Shown in pieces: positions 38,064 to 47,703 of a stretch of 64,000 nt of DNA. Location: assembly GCA_963668175.1 (NCBI GenBank), contig OY764159.1, positions 4,025,516-4,089,515 of the forward strand, given 5' to 3'. Each line of letters starts with the position of its first letter. Positions within the stretch are counted from its first letter, which is position 1. The translations under genes were made by a program, and so were the position numbers. This stretch comes from Syntrophales bacterium. Lineage in GTDB: Bacteria > Desulfobacterota > Syntrophia > Syntrophales > PHBD01. Below the pieces are notes generated by a model, which was not told the DNA's origin, searched no databases, and saw only the letters and a list, made by a program, of their open reading frames with translations.

Positions 38064-39944
38064 TTATGCCGCCTGAATCCTCAGTTCCTCACGCCCCGAT
38101 TTCGGCTTGGCAACGTCAATTGCCACTTTCACCGGTTCCGGTTCGTGAACGTCCTCACATCGTCCTCCTTTCAGGAATTCGGAGACTATTTGCAGATACT
38201 CGGAAAGAAGCTGACGGCTGACGACAAAAATATGCCCGATGTTCTTTTCGATCGTCCGGTTCAAGCCGCCACGCGTCACCATGACGTTCCCGTCCTGCTG
38301 CAACCCCCAGGTCTGGCTGGCGACGCACGAACCCGGAGGCGCGATGGGGTCACGGGACCCACGGTAATCGAAGATGCACACCCCACCCGCGCGCAGGGCA
38401 TCCAGATTGACCGGCTTCCCGTCCAGATCGGGATTGCTTGAAGGCAGGCAGTAGGTCCCTTCGAAAAGCTGGTTGCCGAGGAAAAATTTCTGAATCCATT
38501 CCTGGTGTGCCTTTGCCGGGAATTTGGTCCCGTGGGTCAGCCAGTACAGGAAGGGAGCCGAATCTTCTATGGCGTGGGGATAGATAGCCCGGCCGTAGAA
38601 ACCGGAGAGAACCGTATAATGTACGCCGGGCTGAATTTCGTTCATCCCGAAATCGATGACCTGGGGGGGAATATTGACGGCGCCGAACAGCTCCTTCATG
38701 ACATAGGCATCGTAATTCTGGCGGATGAAGGACCGCATGGCGCCGTGCCCGCTTTCTTCGTCGTCGAATTTGACGGGAGAGGCCATCAACGCCAGCTTGC
38801 GAATATCCATCTCCTTCCCCGCAGCCATCCGCTCCTCTGCTCGTCTGGCCAGGTAGGGCACCATCAGGGTCCCTCCCATGCAATACCCCATGACGGAGAT
38901 TTCGGCCCTGGGATGCTTCTTCCTGATAAGCGTCAGATAATGATCGTGAACGGCCTTTCCGAAGTAGTCGAGCCCCAGGCGGGTATCATCGGCCCCGGCC
39001 TCGCCGAAATCGACGAGATAAATGACATATCCCTCCTTCTGCATGCCTTCGACCACGGATTTGCCCTCGGCAAGATCGAACAATTCGGGTTTGTTGATCA
39101 ATGGCGTCGAGAGATAAAGGATCTGACCGTTGGACTTAACACCCGATGGCAAGGGGTAATAACGGAGCCTGACGTTATGCATCTTCGATCCCCTGACGAT
39201 TTCGTATCGCGAGAAGCCGATCTTGCCGCGAGTGAAACGCTCCGAATACTCCTTGGGGTCGAAGGCATTGGCCTTGTATAGGCTTTCGAAACGGAGACGG
39301 TTCTCGGCAAGGTACTCCTCGAAGGTCATGGCATCCGTCCCGTCTTTATTCTTTTTCATATAGGGAAGTTCTTCGCCGTCAAGGGGCGTTTCGGTGATGA
39401 CCACGAGAAGGGTCTTGAGGAGCTCTTTCATGGCCTTCAGTCTCGTTATCCCCATCGCATTGTAGTTGTGCTCCATCTGGGCGAATTCCTGGACATACTC
39501 CTTCAGCATCTGATGGCCGTCTTCCGTCGTGGAAATGCGGCGGGCCTTCTCGCGATCGAACTCCCCGTCTTTCATGAAATACCCGCTGAGATAGTAAAGG
39601 AGGCGTGCATAGTTTTTATAGATCCAGCCGTTCAGGTCCCGAAAAAGGTCCGGTTCCCTGCCCGATCGTACGGCAATCCTGGCATGGGCCTTGATAGGTT
39701 CCGTCACAAGGGCCCGGAAAAAGGTGTTCTGTAAACTCGCCCATACGGATAACGGACCGAACAACTGATAATTCTGGCTGATGGATTCAAGGAACTGCTG
39801 ATACTGAAAAAAGGACTTGGTCTCGGCACCGGCCAGTTTGCTCTTCCAGGGCATGGCCGTAGGAATGCCCCACCGATTGTCGGCAGGCGTGATACCCATC
39901 TGAATTAAAAGACTGCTTGGCGCTATTCTGTCTTCAGCTTCCAT
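38064..39944 (-). CDS. phaC: polyhydroxyalkanoate synthase-like alpha/beta hydrolase (long form, PhaC-like)
   Basis: The lipase-box has Cys in place of Ser (VMGYCMGGT). Downstream Asp (GSRDPIAPPGS) and His (NIGHIFVV) sit at the usual spacing. An N-terminal extension of about 280 aa is present. An AGGAGGG RBS precedes the gene. Confidence 0.7.
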   Translation of the reverse strand: MEAEDRIAPSSLLIQMGITPADNRWGIPTAMPWKSKLAGAETKSFFQYQQFLESISQNYQLFGPLSVWASLQNTFFRALVTEPIKAHARIAVRSGREPDLFRDLNGWIYKNYARLLYYLSGYFMKDGEFDREKARRISTTEDGHQMLKEYVQEFAQMEHNYNAMGITRLKAMKELLKTLLVVITETPLDGEELPYMKKNKDGTDAMTFEEYLAENRLRFESLYKANAFDPKEYSERFTRGKIGFSRYEIVRGSKMHNVRLRYYPLPSGVKSNGQILYLSTPLINKPELFDLAEGKSVVEGMQKEGYVIYLVDFGEAGADDTRLGLDYFGKAVHDHYLTLIRKKHPRAEISVMGYCMGGTLMVPYLARRAEERMAAGKEMDIRKLALMASPVKFDDEESGHGAMRSFIRQNYDAYVMKELFGAVNIPPQVIDFGMNEIQPGVHYTVLSGFYGRAIYPHAIEDSAPFLYWLTHGTKFPAKAHQEWIQKFFLGNQLFEGTYCLPSSNPDLDGKPVNLDALRAGGVCIFDYRGSRDPIAPPGSCVASQTWGLQQDGNVMVTRGGLNRTIEKNIGHIFVVSRQLLSEYLQIVSEFLKGGRCEDVHEPEPVKVAIDVAKPKSGREELRIQAA

Positions 39945-40483
39945 ATATATCCCTCCTGTCTTGCTTATTCAAATTAAGCATTCCGCAAGGAATGGATTGC
40001 CTGATCGCTGATCTTATTCACTCTGCTTTGCTGCCTTGTGAACGGCATCTATGGAAAACTAGCGAATCACTCTAGAATAACTTTGAACTTTATGGGACCG
40101 ATTCGGAACAGATCTGTTGTCGCTATAGAGTTCGCGATCAGCGGACGTTGCTGAAAAAAAAGCCGTCCGCACTCACGAATCCCTTTCATGCGCTAGGGGA
40201 AAAAGCGCCGGGACTGCTGCATGAGCGGTGCGTTTGTCAAGCCCGGCTCCAATCTTGAAATGGCTGCCGTACGACAGTAAAAGGTCCTCTTGGATCTTTT
40301 GGGCATATCATATCCGGCAAATGCGGGATATGTCAACTCAATTCTCGATTCCGCCGCGACTGCTGAGGGTCGTATTTCAGGATACTGATTACTCCGTTGG
40401 TCATTCTCTCCTTGACAGCATGAGCCGGATCATCTTATCTTCATGATATCTTAACGATTACCCGGGAAAAAGGATCCGTCGCC

Positions 40484-40933
40484 ATGCCCCCCACAACCAC
40501 CAAGAAAGTTTGTTCCTCCTGCGGCGCAGTTCAGGAATGTTACCGCAATCCCATTCCCACCGTCGACATCATCATCGAAATGGATGACCGCCGTATCGTG
40601 CTCATCAAGCGGAAAAACCCTCCCTATGGATGGGCCATACCGGGAGGGTTTGTCGATTACGGGGAATCGCTGGAAGACGCCGCCGTAAGGGAGGCGAGGG
40701 AGGAGACGGGACTCGATGTCACGCTGATCAGCCAGATGCATACCTACTCGAAGCCGGACCGGGATCCCCGGCAGCACACGATCAGCACCGTCTTTACAGC
40801 CAGAGCCTCCGGAACACCGAAAGCCCTGGACGATGCCCTGGAAATCGGACTTTTCGATGAGGACCATCTCCCATCCCCCCTGGCATTCGATCACCGGTTT
40901 ATTCTCGGGGACTATTTCCGTTCCCGGCCGTGA
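40484..40933 (+). CDS. NUDIX hydrolase
   Basis: The Nudix box is [24 protein letters not shown]. Confidence 0.9.
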   Translation: MPPTTTKKVCSSCGAVQECYRNPIPTVDIIIEMDDRRIVLIKRKNPPYGWAIPGGFVDYGESLEDAAVREAREETGLDVTLISQMHTYSKPDRDPRQHTISTVFTARASGTPKALDDALEIGLFDEDHLPSPLAFDHRFILGDYFRSRP

Positions 40934-40970
40934 CAAACTGGCGACCATGATCCGCACGGACCGCTGGCAA

Positions 40971-42836
40971 TCATACATCTTCGCCCCACAGGGCGTCCCT
41001 CAGTCCGGACGTCCGCTCGATCCGGCGGGCCGCCGCGGCCCGGAAGACCGCCTCGTCGCTCCACAACTCGGCCAGGATCTTCGCCCTTGTAACGGCCGTA
41101 TAGATAAGTTCCCTCGTCAGGACGGAATTGTCCCGCTCCGGGAACAGGATCAGGACGCGGTCGTACTCTGACCCCTGACTCTTGTGGACGGTCATGGCAT
41201 AGGCGGTTTCATGCTCGGGAAGCCTCAAGGGATGGAATATCCTTATCCCTCCCCCGGCATCCCTGAAGGCTACCTGCAATCCTTCCGGCGCATCGGGATC
41301 GCGAACCATGATGCCGATGTCTCCGTTGAAAAGAGCCATTTGATAATCGTTTCGCGTAACCATGACAGGTTTTCCCGGATAGTAGCGCGTCCCGGGCGGG
41401 ATCAGGCGCATCTTCCGCAGCATGTCTTCAACGATGTCGTTGATGCCGACCACGCCGTAGCGTCCCTGTCTCAGCGCACACAATATACGGAATGTTTCAA
41501 ATCGCTCGAAGATTTCAAACGGTTCCAACCCTTCTTCAACCGCTTTAAAGTAGTCAAGAAGAGATTCGCCGACGGCATCTCGCAATGCTCCCTGTAATCG
41601 GCCCGCTGGGGGCAGCGTCGCCCAACGGACGTCCTGATAATCAGTCCTTCTCAGGATATCCCAGGCGGCAATCCCGTCGCCGTTGTTCACCGCCTTGCTC
41701 AATCGCGCGATGCCGCTCGATTCGCCATAGCGGAAATTCTGTTCGAGGGAAACGATGCCGTCCCGAAGCCCTCCTGCGGCGAGCTTTGGATCGGAGCCAA
41801 TCTCCATGGCGGTGAACTCGCAAACCCGGCCGGCAAAATCCCCGGAAAAGAGATTGGGGTTTCCGCTGCCGCAGATATCCCCGAGAACGGCGCCCGCTTC
41901 GACCGAGGCCAGTTGATCCTTGTCCCCCAGGACGATGATTTTAGCCTGCGGACGGACGGCTTCAACCAATTTGGAGAAAAGCGGCAGGGCGATCATGGAA
42001 GCTTCGTCGACGACCACGACGTCGTAAGGAAGGGGGTTCCCGGCGTTATGGCGGAAGTAGGGCGATCGAGGAATGGTTCCCAGAAGCCGATGCACCGTCG
42101 ACGTCTTATCGGGAATGGCGGTGCGGATATCCTCGGAGCAGGCGAGTTTCTCCTTCGCACGGCCGACGGCCTCCTGCAAGCGGACGGCGGCCTTCCCGGT
42201 AGGTGCCGCAAGGGCGATCCGCAACGGCTTCCCCTTGGCCTGTTCGAGCAGGAGCGCCAGAATCTTGGCCACGGTCGTCGTTTTGCCCGTTCCGGGACTG
42301 CCGGAAATGACGGTGAAGCTGTTCAGGACGGCCGATACGGCGGCCACCGCCCGCCAATCGGCGCCCGGCGCCGGTTTGGAAAGAAAAAACCTGGAAAGTC
42401 CGTCCTTCAGCAATGTGGCATCCAATCCCGGCAGTATGGACGCAGATCTTGGTCCTGTAACGCGCCGGAGGATATGATCGATGAGGCTCGTTTCATACTT
42501 CCAGTAGCGGTAGAGATACAATCGCGACTTGTCGTCGAGAATCAAAGGCCTGTAATCGCCCGGCCTTCCCACAACATCGGCGGATTCCAGACAGGCCCTC
42601 CACGATCCGGCATCAGGACAGACAACCGTATCATGACCGCCATCTCCTCTCCTCACAATCCTTCCCGCAACATCGGAAAGCCGAATGCAGATATGGCCGT
42701 TCCTGGTGTCTGAGCTGACAAGGGCCGCTGCCAGATAAAGCGCTTCGCTTTCGCTGCCGGATAAATCCTGCATGAACCGGGCAAAGACCGCATCCAGTTC
42801 GTTTAATTCCGCTTCAATGACGCGCTCCGTCTTCAT
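40971..42836 (-). CDS. recD: exodeoxyribonuclease V alpha subunit
   Basis: It has the Walker A motif SGSPGTGKTTTV, DVVVVDEASM, and C-terminal SF1 motifs (AYAMTVHKSQGSEYD). It starts 12 nt downstream of recB. Confidence 0.9.
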   Translation of the reverse strand: MKTERVIEAELNELDAVFARFMQDLSGSESEALYLAAALVSSDTRNGHICIRLSDVAGRIVRRGDGGHDTVVCPDAGSWRACLESADVVGRPGDYRPLILDDKSRLYLYRYWKYETSLIDHILRRVTGPRSASILPGLDATLLKDGLSRFFLSKPAPGADWRAVAAVSAVLNSFTVISGSPGTGKTTTVAKILALLLEQAKGKPLRIALAAPTGKAAVRLQEAVGRAKEKLACSEDIRTAIPDKTSTVHRLLGTIPRSPYFRHNAGNPLPYDVVVVDEASMIALPLFSKLVEAVRPQAKIIVLGDKDQLASVEAGAVLGDICGSGNPNLFSGDFAGRVCEFTAMEIGSDPKLAAGGLRDGIVSLEQNFRYGESSGIARLSKAVNNGDGIAAWDILRRTDYQDVRWATLPPAGRLQGALRDAVGESLLDYFKAVEEGLEPFEIFERFETFRILCALRQGRYGVVGINDIVEDMLRKMRLIPPGTRYYPGKPVMVTRNDYQMALFNGDIGIMVRDPDAPEGLQVAFRDAGGGIRIFHPLRLPEHETAYAMTVHKSQGSEYDRVLILFPERDNSVLTRELIYTAVTRAKILAELWSDEAVFRAAAARRIERTSGLRDALWGEDV

Positions 42837-42848
42837 GCCCCTCGTCCC

Positions 42849-45800
42849 TTATGAATCCGCAATGAGTTTCGAACACAATGTTTCTATGTTCTTCTGCCCG
42901 GGCAGATCGTAATACACGCCGCATGTGGGTCCCGTGGACGGGTCGAGGCCCCTCAGGAAAAGATAATAGACGCCGCCGAAGTGCCGGCTATATTCATAAC
43001 CGGGCAGGCGGACCTGAAGGTAGCGGTGAAGGGCGACTGTATACAGATGATACTGGAGAAAATAGAAACTGCCGCTCATAACCCCGGATAAGGCCTCCCG
43101 GTTGTAGGATTCCAGACGGTCTCCCAGGTAATTCGACTTCCAGTCCACCAGAAAATAGCGGTCCTGATGGCGGAAGATCATATCCATGAAACCCCGCATG
43201 TAGCCGCTTGTCGTGCTGAAACGAAGGCGCCCCATCTGCTCCCGGACAACGTCCGGAATTCCCCCGATGCCGCAATCGGCAAACAGGCCGGACAGGCTTT
43301 GGGTCGATATGGAACGCAGGGGGAAGTAGAAGCCCATTTCGTCCATTCGCCCGTTTGATCCGATGGAAGACAGCTTCAGGGGGTCGTCCGCAGCATCGAG
43401 GGGGCAGTCGATCATATTGTTGAACATGCGCAAAACGGCCCCTTCCCAGCCTGGATCGAATCCATGTTCCTTAAGGACATTGCAGATAGTCAGGCTGACC
43501 GTCTCGTCTTTCCGATCGCGGAAATCGAGTTTTTCCAACAGGGCATGGAGGCATGTTCCGGCCCTCGTTCCCCTGGGAAAATCCAGAATATTGCCGCTGA
43601 TTCGTGGAGAGGCATTCTCGCCGGGGCCGGCAAACGGACCGGACCGATCTTCGGCCGCAAGCGAATCGTGGTCGGGAAGATCGCTGCTTTGGGGCCGTCC
43701 CGAAACGAGAAAAGAGAAACTGGTCACCTTCCAGGTACGATCGATCCTGCCGCCGAACGTCCGGCAGGCAAGCATCTCCCCTCCTTTCACGGACCGGCTG
43801 TACGGAAAGCTGCGTCCCTCCGGCATGACGGATACGGAAAGGCATCCTCCCGATTGCCCGGCCAGTTTGACCAAATCCTCATACATGTCCTTATCGGACA
43901 GCGCTTTATAATCTTCTACCATGGCCGGGATAGAACCGTCTGCGGCCGGTTTCCGCCGGTCGTGAAGCAGGTAGAACGGGGCTGACGTCCCCGCCTGGTT
44001 GAAGCGGCCCCAGACGAAGCAGCATCTATGTTTCGCCCTGGTAAGGGCAACGTAGAGCAGCCGGATGTTTTCGCCGAGCAATTCCCGGACGGCGTAGTTC
44101 TTATGTTCATCGACACGTTCCGAACCGAGATCGCACACGGGGAGCCGGCCATCGCTTTCATCGTGAAAAAGAAAGGGCGTTTTCCTGATTTCGGCACCGT
44201 CCCAGGCGAAGGGGCAGAACACAACCGGATACTCCAGCCCCTTGCTCTTATGGATGGTGATGATTTTGACGGCGTTGTCATCGCTTTCAAGACGCATCTG
44301 GTGCTCTTCCCGGACCGTTCCTTCATGGCGCCTCTGCGCCGCCAGCCATTTCAGGAGACCGGTCATGCCAAGATTTCCTTCCACGGTTTCGCGATGCAGG
44401 ATCTCGGAAAGCTGCAGGAGATTGGTCAATCTCCGCTCCCCGTCCTGCAGGGCAAGAAGCCTGCCCCGAACGCCCTCGGAACCGAGCCATTGCCGGAACA
44501 TCTTCATGAATCCCCTCTCCCGCCATAACTCATGATATCTCTTGAAACGTTCCAGATACCCTCCCCATGCCGTTTCATCGGTCATGAGCCGGTCGAGCTC
44601 CGATCCGCTGACGCCCATAACGCCCGTGGCCAGCGCCCGGCGAATCTTCCGCTCATTGCCGGGCTCGGCGGCTGCGGCTAGGATCAGTTCGATCTCCTCC
44701 GCCTCGCAAGAGGTGAAAATATTGTCGGCACTGCTGACGACACAGGGAATGCCGAGGGAACGCAGGGCTTCCTGCATTCTCAGCACATCCCTGTTCTTCC
44801 TGACCAGGACGGCTATGTCGCCCGCCGTCAGGGGTTGATCTCCGATATGGGCCTTTCCCTGTCTGGCAAAATCAAGGAGGCGGGATATCTCCGCCGCGAC
44901 GGCCCGGGTAACGCGCTGCCTGGCTTCTTGTTTATTCATCGGCCGGTCGGATTCGGAAGGAACGAACCATACTGTCAAAGGCGCATCTTCCTGCGGACCG
45001 AGACGGCAGGAGGTACGCTCGGAAGCCACTCCCGCTTCCGCGGGATAAAAGCCGATCTCGTCGTAAAGGAACGGGTTCTCCCTGCGGGAGAAGAGGGCAT
45101 TGACGGCGCCGATGAGCTTCGCGTCCGCGCGCCAGTTCTTCCTCATGCTGTACCTGGCATCGACATGGGCCGCCGCTTTCATATAGGCAAACAGATCGGC
45201 CCCGCGGAAACTGTAGATGGCCTGTTTGGGATCGCCGATCAGGAAGAGGATATTGCCCCCTTCGCCGAAGACGGACTGGATGATGGCATATTGGGCGGGA
45301 TCCGTATCCTGAAATTCGTCGACGAGGGCCGCCTTGTATTTTTCTCGGATGGCTGCTGCGAGGGTTACGCCTGTCCGCCCCGTCAGTGCCGATTTCAGGC
45401 GGGTCAGCAGATCGTCATAGAAGAGGATGTTCATCTCTGTCTTCCGGGCCGGCAGTTCGCGGCGGACCGTACGGATCAATTCAGCCTTCAGAAAGAGGAG
45501 GTATCGGTCGAGGAGATTCTTCAGGGCATCCGCCTTTTCCCGGATCGATTGACACAAAGGGAATACGTCATGAACCGGCGGATTGCAGCCTTTTTTCATC
45601 GAACACGCCAGTTTCTCCGTCGTGAACTTCTCGATCTCATCGGGCGGGAGGAAATAACGTCCCGGGGATGACAGATAGCCGTCGACGGCCGTCATGAACC
45701 GGTCGACGCGTTGTCCATAGATGTTGGCCTTGAGCCCGGGGTCCGTCAGTTTATCCCGCACTTCTTCCCTGGATTCCGGCCAGGCGGCGGCAAGGCGGCT

Positions 45801-46466
45801 GAAATCGGTTTTAATCGCGTCAAGGAGTACCTTTATAGTGTCCATCGACGGGACTTCGACATCAGGAACGACGCGGGTATCGCCATCCAGTGCTTTATCC
45901 GGCACAAGGTCATACAGGGCTTCGGGGTGAAGGCCGTTCATCAGCACGTATCCGCCAATCTCGGGAAGGGCGTCGTAAAGATGGGTCCGCCAGAAATCCT
46001 CGACGATCTCCCTCTTGATATCTTCCTGATCGGTGACCATCCTGGCGTCGAAGAATGTGCCGCTTTCGAAAGCGTGCTCCTGCAGCATCCTCTGGCAGAA
46101 TCCGTGGATCGTATAAACGGCGGCCTCGTCGAAATTACGCAGGCTGTCCTGCAAGCGGCCGAGGACGACGCGGCGGTCCCGCTCGTTCGGGCAGCGGGCG
46201 ACCAGTTCCTCGAGAAAGGGATCTCCGCTTCTTCCTTCGGAAAATGCCGAGACAGCGTCCTTGAGATTCCTGCGTATCCTGCCTTTCAGCTCCTCGGTCG
46301 CGGCAACGGTGTAGGTCATCACGAGGATTTGTCCGGGAACAAGCCCCTTTTCCGCAACCAGGCGGACATAGAGGCCGGCGACGGCATAGGTCTTTCCCGT
46401 CCCGGCCGCAGCTTCGATCAGGTTGATTCCCGCAAGGGGACATTCAATCAAGTCAAATTCTTTCAT
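42849..46466 (-). CDS. recB: exodeoxyribonuclease V beta subunit (UvrD-type helicase + PD-(D/E)XK nuclease)
   Basis: 1205 aa. Present are AAAGTGKTY, DEFQDTDPAQ, and the C-terminal nuclease motif GFMDMIFRHQDRYFLVDWKSNYLG. Confidence 0.9.
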   Translation of the reverse strand: MKEFDLIECPLAGINLIEAAAGTGKTYAVAGLYVRLVAEKGLVPGQILVMTYTVAATEELKGRIRRNLKDAVSAFSEGRSGDPFLEELVARCPNERDRRVVLGRLQDSLRNFDEAAVYTIHGFCQRMLQEHAFESGTFFDARMVTDQEDIKREIVEDFWRTHLYDALPEIGGYVLMNGLHPEALYDLVPDKALDGDTRVVPDVEVPSMDTIKVLLDAIKTDFSRLAAAWPESREEVRDKLTDPGLKANIYGQRVDRFMTAVDGYLSSPGRYFLPPDEIEKFTTEKLACSMKKGCNPPVHDVFPLCQSIREKADALKNLLDRYLLFLKAELIRTVRRELPARKTEMNILFYDDLLTRLKSALTGRTGVTLAAAIREKYKAALVDEFQDTDPAQYAIIQSVFGEGGNILFLIGDPKQAIYSFRGADLFAYMKAAAHVDARYSMRKNWRADAKLIGAVNALFSRRENPFLYDEIGFYPAEAGVASERTSCRLGPQEDAPLTVWFVPSESDRPMNKQEARQRVTRAVAAEISRLLDFARQGKAHIGDQPLTAGDIAVLVRKNRDVLRMQEALRSLGIPCVVSSADNIFTSCEAEEIELILAAAAEPGNERKIRRALATGVMGVSGSELDRLMTDETAWGGYLERFKRYHELWRERGFMKMFRQWLGSEGVRGRLLALQDGERRLTNLLQLSEILHRETVEGNLGMTGLLKWLAAQRRHEGTVREEHQMRLESDDNAVKIITIHKSKGLEYPVVFCPFAWDGAEIRKTPFLFHDESDGRLPVCDLGSERVDEHKNYAVRELLGENIRLLYVALTRAKHRCCFVWGRFNQAGTSAPFYLLHDRRKPAADGSIPAMVEDYKALSDKDMYEDLVKLAGQSGGCLSVSVMPEGRSFPYSRSVKGGEMLACRTFGGRIDRTWKVTSFSFLVSGRPQSSDLPDHDSLAAEDRSGPFAGPGENASPRISGNILDFPRGTRAGTCLHALLEKLDFRDRKDETVSLTICNVLKEHGFDPGWEGAVLRMFNNMIDCPLDAADDPLKLSSIGSNGRMDEMGFYFPLRSISTQSLSGLFADCGIGGIPDVVREQMGRLRFSTTSGYMRGFMDMIFRHQDRYFLVDWKSNYLGDRLESYNREALSGVMSGSFYFLQYHLYTVALHRYLQVRLPGYEYSRHFGGVYYLFLRGLDPSTGPTCGVYYDLPGQKNIETLCSKLIADS

Positions 46467-46730
46467 GGCATAAGCGTCCGAACGGCATGCGGATATCTCG
46501 TCCGTGTCTCAACATTCTTGAACCGGCATCTTCCCCCATTTCGCCGACTTGAAATTAACATCCTCTTAAGGTAAGAGACTAAAGATCATGGCGCAAAAGG
46601 AGAGAAACCCGACTTTATTGATATTTTCCCGTACCGGGACTATAGAGCAGGCCCCTGGCCGTGTCAACGGAAAAGGACCGGATCACGTTCCGGTTCATGG
46701 AGAAGAATCAAAGCGCAAAAGAGGGATACA

Positions 46731-47282
46731 ATGATATTCAAAGCCATAGAATACGCCACCAAGGTCCATTCAGGGCAATACCGCAAAGCGACCCGGATAC
46801 CCTACATCATTCATCCCCTCGCCGTCGCCCGGATTCTGATCGAACAAGAGTCGCGTACGGAGGTTGTTTGTGCAGGCATTCTGCACGATACCCTGGAGGA
46901 CACGCGGGCAACCGTCGAGGAAATCGACCTGCTGTTCGGGAAGGAAGTGGCCGATCTGGTCCAATCCGTATCGGAGCCGAACAAGTCGGATCATACCTGG
47001 GAAAATCGCAAGTCTTACACGCTCAAACACTTGAGGTCGGCACCACCCGAGACGCTGCTCATCACCCTGGCCGACAAGTTCGACAATATCATGTCCATCC
47101 GCAGCGATTACGACCGAATGGGGGAAACCCTCTGGAAGCGTTTCAACCGGCCGAAAGAGAAACAGCAATGGTACTACGAGGCCTTGGCAATCCTCTTTTC
47201 CGAACGGATGAGTCACGGCGGCTTCGCGATCCTCGCCCGCCAGTTCAAGACCGAAGTGGAGCTTGTCTTTAAAAAGGCATGA
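46731..47282 (+). CDS. small stand-alone RelA/SpoT-type HD hydrolase (small alarmone hydrolase-like)
   Basis: 183 aa. AIEYATKVHSGQYRKATRIPYIIHPLAV, AGILHDTLEDT and ITLADKFDNI are present. Confidence 0.85.
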   Translation: MIFKAIEYATKVHSGQYRKATRIPYIIHPLAVARILIEQESRTEVVCAGILHDTLEDTRATVEEIDLLFGKEVADLVQSVSEPNKSDHTWENRKSYTLKHLRSAPPETLLITLADKFDNIMSIRSDYDRMGETLWKRFNRPKEKQQWYYEALAILFSERMSHGGFAILARQFKTEVELVFKKA

Positions 47283-47371
47283 TCCCCCGGCCGCAACGTC
47301 GAGGCATCAAGGCCGGCCCATGATGCGGCAGGCAGCACGCATCTTGTAAGCCGAAACCTATTATCCCCCTA

Positions 47372-47620
47372 TCACTTGCCGTAATACTTGACAAGGGCGT
47401 CCTTGACGGCTTTCTCTTCCTCGGGCGTTAGCTTGAGGCCCCGGGCTTTCATGCCAAATACGATGCCGTCCCACTCCTCCGCCGTCCGCTTTTTCTGATA
47501 GACCACCGACGATGAATGGCAGGACGAACATTTCTGCTCGAGAATTTCCGGCTTGCCCGAGCACCCAAAGAGAAAGACGGCCAGAAGCGGCCAGAAGACA
47601 TATCTCGTAATACGCATCAT
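47372..47620 (-). CDS. small monohaem c-type cytochrome lipoprotein
   Basis: It has a lipobox (LFGCSG), one CxxCH motif (CSSCH), and a C-terminal RTAEEWDGIVFGM...LTPEEEKAV..YY pattern. That pattern resembles haem-binding domains of quinohaemoprotein amine dehydrogenase alpha-subunit type. An AGGAGG RBS precedes it. Confidence 0.7.
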   Translation of the reverse strand: MMRITRYVFWPLLAVFLFGCSGKPEILEQKCSSCHSSSVVYQKKRTAEEWDGIVFGMKARGLKLTPEEEKAVKDALVKYYGK

Positions 47621-47703
47621 AGTGCCTCCTTGAAGACATTCGATTTATTACATGATATACGGACGCAGGGCTGCCTGCAATAGAAAAACCTCCGGGATAC
47701 CGC

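Noticed and set aside
40141-40170. The hairpin GCGGACG...CGTCCGC with an A8/T8 run, considered as a terminator.
   Set aside because: The homopolymer run lies inside the loop rather than after the stem on either strand, so it does not have intrinsic-terminator geometry.
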